The notes beneath the pieces were generated by a model that saw only the letters and a list, made by a program, of their open reading frames with translations, was not told the DNA's origin and searched no databases. Positions 1 to 6,019 of a stretch of DNA of 12,356 nucleotides are shown piece after piece. Source of the stretch: Gammaproteobacteria bacterium (lineage in GTDB: Bacteria > Pseudomonadota > Gammaproteobacteria > UBA4575); NCBI GenBank assembly GCA_965221955.1, contig CBDCTA010000010.1, positions 1 to 12,356 on the forward strand, given 5' to 3'. Positions within the stretch are counted from its first letter, which is position 1. Each line of letters opens with the position of its first letter. A program made the translations under genes and the position numbers.

Positions 1-280
1 TTTTACCGCGTTTTAACGCAACAGTCCCTAGCAGAATATAAATTAGTAAGGCAACTATTTTTGCGTTGATCCATGTTGCTGGACCCGGATATTGCCCGCT
101 CAAAATTACTAATATTATTGCTGCCGTTAATAAAACAGTGTCATTTACATGTGGCACTACTTTTACCCACCTGTTTTCTAATAGACTAGACGAGCTCATC
201 ATCCATATTCCTCTAATCACAAATCCACTAATCGAAAAGATAGCAGTAGCAACATGAATGGCTTTTATTAATTCATACAT
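1..280 (-). CDS. SirB2/YchQ family inner-membrane protein (5' part; runs off the window edge)
   Basis: Not in the ORF track. My manual translation from ATG at 280 gives MYELIKAIHVATAIFSISGFVIRGIWMM...WVKVVPHVNDTVLLTAAIIL...WINAKIVALLIYILLGTVALKRGK with no stop. The K..H, PH..DT.LL and W...K...L..YI.LG..A motifs are typical of SirB2. Confidence 0.85.
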   Translation of the reverse strand, partial: MYELIKAIHVATAIFSISGFVIRGIWMMSSSSLLENRWVKVVPHVNDTVLLTAAIILVILSGQYPGPATWINAKIVALLIYILLGTVALKRGK

Positions 281-352
281 CGATATTTTTTACATTTAAT
301 ATTCGTTTAATTTTTCAAACTTAAAACATCGTCTACTCAACATAGCAACAAC

Positions 353-374
353 GTAACTGATATGCATCAGTTAC
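353..374. promoter_or_regulatory. Palindrome with FNR/DNR (CRP-FNR family)-like core CTGAT-N4-ATCAG
   Basis: GTAACTGAT-ATGC-ATCAGTTAC has perfect 9-bp arms. The core matches the FNR consensus TTGAT-N4-ATCAA at 8/10. It lies in the divergent sirB2/ompW intergenic region. Confidence 0.55.
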
Positions 375-469
375 ATCTATTTTTTCTGCTGTAATGACTT
401 TCTTTAGGATTAAATTGTTCTAGCTACCGCCCTTCCTATTTAGATATAAAAGCCCATAAAGTGTTTCAA

Positions 470-485
470 GCTGACACAAGTCAGC
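470..485. promoter_or_regulatory. Second FNR/DNR-like palindrome CTGAC-N4-GTCAG
   Basis: GCTGAC-ACAA-GTCAGC lies about 96 bp upstream of the ompW start and has the same geometry as the site at 357-370. Confidence 0.5.
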
Positions 486-581
486 AAAACATATGACTAG
501 CTTTGTTACGTTTTTAATCGAATATTAAATTCATAGAGTAATTAATTTTAAATCTTTAACAAAAAAAGCATGAAATAAATA

Positions 582-1256
582 ATGATCCAAATAGCACACT
601 TAAATAATTATAAATTTTTATTGTTAATAGTTTTCATTTCTATCACACCAGCAAGTTATGCCTATGATCAAGGCACTTGGTTTGCCAGAATCGGCCCCGC
701 ATTTATAGAGCCCAACGACAGTAGTAATGATGTGGATGGAATACCTAACACCGAAGTGGGTGTTGATAATGACGTCACATTAGGTTTCACAATCGGTTAT
801 ATGCTGACTTCGAGATTTGCAATTGAACTCTTAGGTGTTACCCCATCTACACATGACTTAAAAGGCAAGGATGGTCTAGGCGCATTAGGAAAAATTGCAG
901 ATGTAGATGTGTTTCCACCTACTTTATCACTACAGTATCATTTTAATGGATCCGCAAAATTCCATCCTTATATTGGAGCAGGATTTAATTACACACATTT
1001 TCCAGATGAAGACGTTTCTTCCTCGCTCGAAACCGCGCTTGGCGGTGACACAAAACTTGATATTGATGACTCTTGGGGGCTAGCTGCCCAAATCGGCACA
1101 GATATTTCTATAAATGAAAATTGGTTTTTTAACACTGCACTTTGGTATGTAGACATTGATGCCGATGCTACATTGAAAACCAATGGCGTACGCAGAGACG
1201 TGGATATCGATATCGACCCATGGGTATTTTTTGTAAGCATAGGTAGGAAGTTTTAA
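582..1256 (+). CDS. ompW: OmpW/AlkL family outer-membrane beta-barrel protein
   Basis: Signal peptide ending in AYA. OmpW motifs G.WFARIG...I.P, IELL...P..H, PPTLSLQYHF, PYIGAG.NYT, SWGLAAQIG.D and IDPWV are present, with a C-terminal Phe. Confidence 0.92.
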   Translation: MIQIAHLNNYKFLLLIVFISITPASYAYDQGTWFARIGPAFIEPNDSSNDVDGIPNTEVGVDNDVTLGFTIGYMLTSRFAIELLGVTPSTHDLKGKDGLGALGKIADVDVFPPTLSLQYHFNGSAKFHPYIGAGFNYTHFPDEDVSSSLETALGGDTKLDIDDSWGLAAQIGTDISINENWFFNTALWYVDIDADATLKTNGVRRDVDIDIDPWVFFVSIGRKF

Positions 1257-1340
1257 TTCTATTCAACCTATGTCTATTTTAGATAGAAGTTAACTCAAAA
1301 ATTCGACTTATTAATTTAACTTTATAGAAAGAAAAGAATA

Positions 1341-1709
1341 ATGGATCAAACCCTTTATGATGAACTTGGCGGGAAAGAAACTGTTGAAAAGGCAGCATAT
1401 TATTTATATGTGCATATATTAAATGATGACCGCATTAAGGATTTTTTTGAAAAAACAGATGTTGAATCACAACAAAGAAAAATGACTGCTTTTTTAACCT
1501 ACATTTTTGGCGGCCCATCTTTATATTTGGGAAAAGATATGCGTCGAGCGCACAAAGGGGCAGTAGAAGAAGGACTTAATGATGAACATGTTGATGCCAT
1601 GATGGAATGTGTAAAACAGTCCTTATCTGACCTTAATATTGGTAAAAATCAGACCACAAAAGTTATCGATGCTATCGAAAAGCATCGTGATGATGTGCTC
1701 TGCAGGTAA
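1341..1709 (+). CDS. Group I truncated (2/2) hemoglobin, trHbN-like
   Basis: LYDELGG, Tyr B10 (LYVHILND), CD1 Phe (DFFE), GGP..Y.G.DM..AH with proximal His; 122 aa. Confidence 0.9.
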   Translation: MDQTLYDELGGKETVEKAAYYLYVHILNDDRIKDFFEKTDVESQQRKMTAFLTYIFGGPSLYLGKDMRRAHKGAVEEGLNDEHVDAMMECVKQSLSDLNIGKNQTTKVIDAIEKHRDDVLCR

Positions 1710-1740
1710 TTAACTCAATTTGAATTGAAAAGGATTAATC

Positions 1741-1857
1741 ATGAGTGGAAAACATTTAGAAAATAGCCACACAAATCCAATAGTAACCGCATTTTGGGTA
1801 GTATTTATTATAGCGGCTGCTATTACTGTATTTGTAAATTTTCTTATCAGTTTATAA
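1741..1857 (+). CDS. Small single-pass membrane protein (38 aa), unannotated
   Basis: MSGKHLENSHTNPIVTAFWVVFIIAAAITVFVNFLISL*. An AAGGA Shine-Dalgarno lies just upstream. It fills the gap between the globin and the DsrC-like gene on the same strand. Confidence 0.6.
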   Translation: MSGKHLENSHTNPIVTAFWVVFIIAAAITVFVNFLISL

Positions 1858-1895
1858 CTTTAAATTCTAACTAATCCCAGCCAAAGGCATTTCAA

Positions 1896-2234
1896 ATGTC
1901 TCAGCAGATATCCTCAATGCCTATTAACATTGATAATGAAGGCTATCTAATTGACCCAGAAGAGTGGAATGAGGCATACGCTAGAGTTCTTGCTAGCAAG
2001 GAAGAGCTAGATCTTTCACCTGAGCATTGGAAAATCATTCAATTCATGCGTGATTATTACAATGATCACTTAACCGCTCCAGACTCTCGCTACGTAATTA
2101 AATATATTTCTGATGAGCTTAGTTATGGAAAGCAAGCAAAAAAACAGTTATTTAAATTATTTCCATATGGGTACGTCAAACAAGCTTGCAAAATTGCAGG
2201 AATGAAAAGACCAAGATCGTGGAGCACTGGATAG
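1896..2234 (+). CDS. TusE/DsrC/DsvC family sulfur-relay-like protein lacking the terminal Cys
   Basis: D.EGYL.DP.EW, L...HW.II.F.R.YY and LF.LFPYG..KQACKIAG are DsrC/TusE signatures. The C-terminus is RPRSWSTG instead of KP..CV. Confidence 0.88.
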   Translation: MSQQISSMPINIDNEGYLIDPEEWNEAYARVLASKEELDLSPEHWKIIQFMRDYYNDHLTAPDSRYVIKYISDELSYGKQAKKQLFKLFPYGYVKQACKIAGMKRPRSWSTG

Positions 2235-2268
2235 ATATATAACACAGGTTAAAATAGGAGATGTAAGT

Positions 2269-2298
2269 AATGTCTGCTTTCGGCCAATAGCGGACATT
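2269..2298. repeat. Palindromic site R1 (type A, core CGGCCA)
   Basis: AATGTCTGCT-TTCGGCCAAT-AGCGGACATT. It overlaps the TAA stop (2297-2299) of the 84-aa ORF. Confidence 0.9.
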
Positions 2299-2551
2299 AG
2301 GACTTATTTGTATTTCTATATTCAAACGAATCTAGCATGTAGTAAATACCTCCACCTATCCAGACTAAAGAAACTACCACAAACCAAAATGGATGTTCTT
2401 GAAAACAATGCAACCTATCAAATTCCCATCTTGGCAGTCGAACACATAAATCCTCATATTTATTTATTGAGTCACTAACTAAAATTATGTAGAAACCCAG
2501 AAACAAAACAGACCAAAATAAATTTTTTTTTGGTTTGAATTTGATATTCAT
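2297..2551 (-). CDS. Cassette ORF 4: hypothetical 2-TM membrane protein (84 aa)
   Basis: Two hydrophobic segments flank a loop with two Cys. The ORF is bounded by R1 (stop overlaps it) and R2 (ATG 7 nt away). Confidence 0.7.
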   Translation of the reverse strand: MNIKFKPKKNLFWSVLFLGFYIILVSDSINKYEDLCVRLPRWEFDRLHCFQEHPFWFVVVSLVWIGGGIYYMLDSFEYRNTNKS

Positions 2552-2558
2552 GAATTAT

Positions 2559-2588
2559 TATGTCTACTTTGGGTCGTTTGCGGTCATC
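2559..2588. repeat. Palindromic site R2 (type B, core GGGTCG)
   Basis: TATGTCTACT-TTGGGTCGTT-TGCGGTCATC. Confidence 0.85.
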
Positions 2589-2735
2589 TTATTCAGCAGG
2601 AACAACCTTGTAATATTTACCATCATCTGGAATTTGGAGCGGCATCAAGTCTCTTCCATAATAAATTACAAGTGCTAACCCAATCAAAGCTATACCAAGA
2701 ATTAAAATCCACTTTCTAGTTACTTTAATGCTCAT
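2589..2735 (-). CDS. Cassette ORF 3: 48-aa single-pass membrane protein, absent from the ORF track
   Basis: My manual translation is MSIKVTRKWILILGIALIGLALVIYYGRDLMPLQIPDDGKYYKVVPAE*. The TAA at 2589-2591 directly abuts R2 and the ATG is 15 nt from R3. Confidence 0.65.
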   Translation of the reverse strand: MSIKVTRKWILILGIALIGLALVIYYGRDLMPLQIPDDGKYYKVVPAE

Positions 2736-2750
2736 TTTTTGATGACTAAA

Positions 2751-2780
2751 AATGTACGCTTTGGGTCGTTAGCGGCCATA
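2751..2780. repeat. Palindromic site R3 (type B)
   Basis: AATGTACGCT-TTGGGTCGTT-AGCGGCCATA. Confidence 0.85.
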
Positions 2781-2832
2781 TTAAGTCTGATATTTTGAGA
2801 TTCCAACCAGATTTCCCTTTAGCGGTTTAATT

Positions 2833-2862
2833 TATGTCTGCTTTCGGCCAATAGTGGACATC
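2833..2862. repeat. Palindromic site R4 (type A)
   Basis: TATGTCTGCT-TTCGGCCAAT-AGTGGACATC. Confidence 0.9.
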
Positions 2863-2867
2863 CATAT

Positions 2868-3197
2868 CTAGAAATAACTTAGCCAAATCCCAGAGACAAC
2901 TAACAATATAAAACAAACGATAGCCCTTACAAGGTTCTTTCTTGTGTTTGATGCAATGGCCTTTATATTCTCATCCTTGGAGATCAGAAACTTTTTAGAT
3001 AGTAAATATTGAGACATTTGAAACGACCCTTGCCCAGTATTTATAAGGCTTGGAGGGCAGCCAAATTCTGCCCACGTTTTTACATCATGTTTTTTTAGGT
3101 GGCTTGATAGTTCTCCTGTCCCTTTCCCATATTGATAGGCAAAAATAAAAATCCCAATTAAGAAGGCTAAAAATAGTATGAGAGCAATAGTTTCCAT
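2868..3197 (-). CDS. Cassette ORF 2: 109-aa 2-TM membrane protein, possible remote UspB-like
   Basis: N- and C-terminal TM helices with a soluble middle (L...LKKHD...W...G......GQ....Y.....F....D). The stop is 5 nt from R4 and the ATG is 29 nt from R5. Confidence 0.72.
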   Translation of the reverse strand: METIALILFLAFLIGIFIFAYQYGKGTGELSSHLKKHDVKTWAEFGCPPSLINTGQGSFQMSQYLLSKKFLISKDENIKAIASNTRKNLVRAIVCFILLVVSGIWLSYF

Positions 3198-3226
3198 CCT
3201 AATTAAATAACTTTTAGTTTTGAGCG

Positions 3227-3256
3227 AATGTCCGCTTTGGGTCGGAAGCAGTCATT
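3227..3256. repeat. Palindromic site R5 (type B)
   Basis: AATGTCCGCT-TTGGGTCGGA-AGCAGTCATT. Confidence 0.9.
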
Positions 3257-3299
3257 TTCCTATTGTATGTAATTGATTCCACCCTATTTGATCCTATTT

Positions 3300-3329
3300 T
3301 ATGTCTGCTTTCGGCCAAAAGCAGTCATT
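3300..3329. repeat. Palindromic site R6 (type A)
   Basis: TATGTCTGCT-TTCGGCCAAA-AGCAGTCATT. It contains the TGA stop (3325-3327) of the 97-aa ORF. Confidence 0.9.
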
Positions 3330-3618
3330 CTAATTTCAGCGATATGAGTTTTTTATAAACAAAAATCGTGACAATACAGGTAAAAAATAAAGTGAAAATA
3401 AAAAATAGAGTTTCCGACCTGAAAACGTTTCCAAAAATTGCTCCAAATATCATCCATACAAGTGGAAAACCAATAAAAATATAAAGCGTAGAGTAGAAAT
3501 CACTATATCTTTTTACAAGCTTTGAGTTACAACTAGGACATGTAATTCTGTCTTTATATTTGTCGTCCTCAGTTTTATTTTCCCAAGTAACTTTCAAAGA
3601 ACAATTTGGGCACTTCAT
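3325..3618 (-). CDS. Cassette ORF 1: CxxC-x20-CxxC zinc-ribbon protein with two TM helices (97 aa)
   Basis: CPNC (aa 3-6) and CPSC (aa 27-30) are exactly 20 residues apart and are followed by a long hydrophobic region. This fits the cxxc_20_cxxc family description. Confidence 0.75.
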   Translation of the reverse strand: MKCPNCSLKVTWENKTEDDKYKDRITCPSCNSKLVKRYSDFYSTLYIFIGFPLVWMIFGAIFGNVFRSETLFFIFTLFFTCIVTIFVYKKLISLKLE

Positions 3619-3651
3619 AATGTATTTTTTATAAATAAATCTTGGGAAAAA

Positions 3652-3681
3652 AATGTCTGCTTTGGGTCGTAAGCGGACATT
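3652..3681. repeat. Palindromic site R7 (type B)
   Basis: AATGTCTGCT-TTGGGTCGTA-AGCGGACATT. Confidence 0.9.
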
Positions 3682-3745
3682 CTAATAAAAGAAATATTGA
3701 ATCTGAAGCAACCTCCTTGTTGCACCTCATATTCGCCCATCCATG

Positions 3746-3775
3746 GACTCACACTTTGGGTCGTAAGCGGATATC
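3746..3775. repeat. Degenerate or half site R8 (type B core plus right arm; left arm replaced)
   Basis: GACTCACA-CTTTGGGTCGTAAGCGGA-TATC. Positions 3754-3771 are identical to R7 over 18 bp. Confidence 0.75.
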
Positions 3776-3809
3776 TTAAAATTAGGTATTTCTAATTTTT
3801 TCGCAAAAT

Positions 3810-4544
3810 TCATGACCATTCCATGCTTTCAATATGTCTTCGTAATTGGCCTGCAGTTTTAAATTTTTTTAAAATTAAATTTGATTTTAGGCCACAGCAA
3901 ATATACTTGATTGGATCAGGATGCTTTGCATAGTGCTTAGCTCCACCTAATGACTCATGAAACACTTGAATCAAAGTTAAAATATCAAATCTACGGCTTT
4001 CATGTTTAGGTTCTTTTGCAGAAAACAAATCAACTAATTTCAAATCAAATTCTAAGCCAAATTTATTGACGATGACATTATCGGAATGCAAATCTCCGTG
4101 ATATTCATTCAGGCTATGTATGCACTCGATACCTTGAGTTAATGCATAGAGCAAATGCAATGCTTGATAAGGGGTAAGACGTTTACCGGGAAAGCTTTTA
4201 ATAAATTCAGAAAGCAGTTGTCCCTCAACATACTCAGAGATTAGAACTGTAACTGGAGTTCTTTTAAAAACAAAATTCTCTTTTGTGTGGTACTGAATCA
4301 GTATTGGACATTGTCTGAGTTTATGCAGCTTTTGTGCATTAAACTTTACCGCTCGATCCTTTTCATTGCGATTGGGATAAAATAATTTGGCTGCGCGCTC
4401 AATCCCTGTGCTAATTTCACGTATTTTATACACTTCACCTTCAAACCCGCCACCTAGCTTAGAAAGCACCTCATACTTCTTTGCAATAATGCGACCAGCA
4501 GGTAAATTAAATTCAGTAAATTTTGCTTTGGTAGGTCGAGGCAT
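3810..4544 (-). CDS. Minimal eukaryotic-like (Hanks-type fold) protein kinase
   Basis: Gly-rich loop LGGGFEGEVY, AAK catalytic Lys, SEYVEG hinge, HGDLHSDN catalytic loop, and DLF in place of DFG. Confidence 0.8.
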   Translation of the reverse strand: MPRPTKAKFTEFNLPAGRIIAKKYEVLSKLGGGFEGEVYKIREISTGIERAAKLFYPNRNEKDRAVKFNAQKLHKLRQCPILIQYHTKENFVFKRTPVTVLISEYVEGQLLSEFIKSFPGKRLTPYQALHLLYALTQGIECIHSLNEYHGDLHSDNVIVNKFGLEFDLKLVDLFSAKEPKHESRRFDILTLIQVFHESLGGAKHYAKHPDPIKYICCGLKSNLILKKFKTAGQLRRHIESMEWS

Positions 4545-4574
4545 TTTTTATAATTTTCTTATTCATACTTATTG

Positions 4575-5066
4575 TTATTTTTTTGGATAATCAAAATCCA
4601 AAAGCTTACCTGAATGTTCTGTTATGGATTCCCAACTATTTATATCAAACTGAATCTGTGCAATTGCGCAGGTCGGCATATTATCTATTTCAGCGTTAGA
4701 TAGATAGTTGCATAAAACCGTAAAGCCTGGATTATGACCAACTAACATCACACGATGTAAATTATCGTCCAAACCTGCAACCAGGTCTATTAATGTATTC
4801 AAACTTGCTTCATAAATTTTTTCATTACGATCAACCTTTTGAATATTAAATTCAATTTCACTTGCAATAAATTCTGCAGTGGTAATCGCTCTCACAGCAG
4901 GGCTTGAAATAATACTGTCCACCAAATAATTTTCATCAGCAAGGCGCTTACCCATCTCTGGCGCATTTTTTAACCCTCGGCTATTTAAAGGCCGCTCGAA
5001 ATCGCTCAAGTTCGCATCGTTCCAGCTTGACTTAGCATGGCGCACTAAAGTTAATACACGTTTCAT
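4575..5066 (-). CDS. sixA: SixA-like phosphohistidine phosphatase (histidine phosphatase superfamily)
   Basis: LVRHAKSSW, D.ERPL..RG, SSPA.RA..TA and LVGHNPG motifs. I prefer the ATG at 5066 over the TTG at 5072. Confidence 0.85.
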   Translation of the reverse strand: MKRVLTLVRHAKSSWNDANLSDFERPLNSRGLKNAPEMGKRLADENYLVDSIISSPAVRAITTAEFIASEIEFNIQKVDRNEKIYEASLNTLIDLVAGLDDNLHRVMLVGHNPGFTVLCNYLSNAEIDNMPTCAIAQIQFDINSWESITEHSGKLLDFDYPKK

Positions 5067-5068
5067 CT

Positions 5069-5992
5069 TCAAATATCTAGCTTATTGGGACGTAATTTTA
5101 ACGTCATACAGCGCCCCACAAAAAATAACCAAATGAACAAAACACAAGCTAATCCAAACATGGAAGCAAAATCTCTAAATCGAGTATGTACATGATACCG
5201 CTCAACTTGAATGGTGTGATTGTCAGTAAATATTCCTTGTAGTGAAATCAGCGAACTACTCTCTACTTCAGCATCAAAACCTTGCAAGTTTATGATTTCA
5301 CCGTACGAAGTTTTAATTTTATGCTCGTTATAAGTTTGTAAATAAATATTTCTATCAATTTCAATCTTTTTGCCTGTTCTATTTTCCAAATCTTTTAATG
5401 TTGCGATGAAGTGATTGTCCGCAGCATATACAGATTGAGTAAAAACAACTGGCGACATTAACCAAGCGGATAGCAAAACGGCACTCAAAATAATAGTTTT
5501 GATCGATATATTAAATTCTTCGCAATTTGCTTGAATTGACTTTTTGAAATTAAAAATAAAATAAATTAAACCTAAAATAGTTAAGACATAAGTTGCAAAA
5601 CTCTCTGGCCAAAAGAGATCAAACCTTAGTAACTCCCAATTTACTGGAGCCAATAATTGCGCACCATTGGCCCATTTGATTTGTGTCGCATCTAATAATA
5701 AATGCAACAAAGACCCAATCAACAAAATAATAAAAACTTTACTACGTTGTTTGGCCAACATAGAAAAGCTCATGCATAGCAAAATGCAAAATAAAAGTGA
5801 TGATTGTGTAATGCAGTACGCACGCAGATCATATAAGTCTATGGAGAGAGGTAACTTTTTAATAATACGTTGCACTATCCAAGGTAAATCAGGAATTACA
5901 CAAGCTAGATAAATCCATTTAAAATCTGCATGTGTAAAAACTGTCCTCGTGGATAGACCATTTATAGCAAAATGTGCAATCGTGTTTGGCAT
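5069..5992 (-). CDS. Membrane-bound metal-dependent hydrolase (YdjM-like) with C-terminal extension
   Basis: N-terminal His (PNTIAH), PDLPW and HLLLD motifs, multiple TM helices, and a soluble beta-rich segment before the last TM. Confidence 0.65.
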   Translation of the reverse strand: MPNTIAHFAINGLSTRTVFTHADFKWIYLACVIPDLPWIVQRIIKKLPLSIDLYDLRAYCITQSSLLFCILLCMSFSMLAKQRSKVFIILLIGSLLHLLLDATQIKWANGAQLLAPVNWELLRFDLFWPESFATYVLTILGLIYFIFNFKKSIQANCEEFNISIKTIILSAVLLSAWLMSPVVFTQSVYAADNHFIATLKDLENRTGKKIEIDRNIYLQTYNEHKIKTSYGEIINLQGFDAEVESSSLISLQGIFTDNHTIQVERYHVHTRFRDFASMFGLACVLFIWLFFVGRCMTLKLRPNKLDI

Positions 5993-6019
5993 TTATCTCG
6001 AGCACACTTACGCTTTGCG

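Noticed and set aside
66-257. 63-aa plus-strand ORF from the track
   Set aside because: It is an antisense shadow of the SirB2-family gene on the minus strand.
2269-3681. Repeats as simple rho-independent terminators or canonical GTAG-type REPs
   Set aside because: There are no consistent U-tracts, sites occur immediately upstream of start codons as well as downstream of stops, and there is no GTAG tag. A non-canonical REP-like family cannot be excluded without the whole genome.
3615-3740. ~41-codon minus-strand ORF reading through R7
   Set aside because: It crosses the palindromic site, unlike the four cassette ORFs, and has no recognisable protein features, so it is probably chance.
2269-3775. 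CRISPR array interpretation of the ~30-bp repeats
   Set aside because: Intervals range from 43 to 364 bp, the long ones hold intact ORFs, the repeats fall into two diverged classes, and no cas genes are in the window.
2269-3775. Classical integron attC array or XerCD pdif modules
   Set aside because: There are no RYYYAAC...GTTRRRY ends after the stops and no intI in the window, and the arms do not resemble XerC (GGTGCGCATAA) or XerD (TTATGTTAAAT) sites.
3778-3799. AAAATTAG-GTATTT-CTAATTTT hairpin as kinase terminator
   Set aside because: The stem is almost all A/T and has no U-tract on the minus strand, so it is too weak to call.
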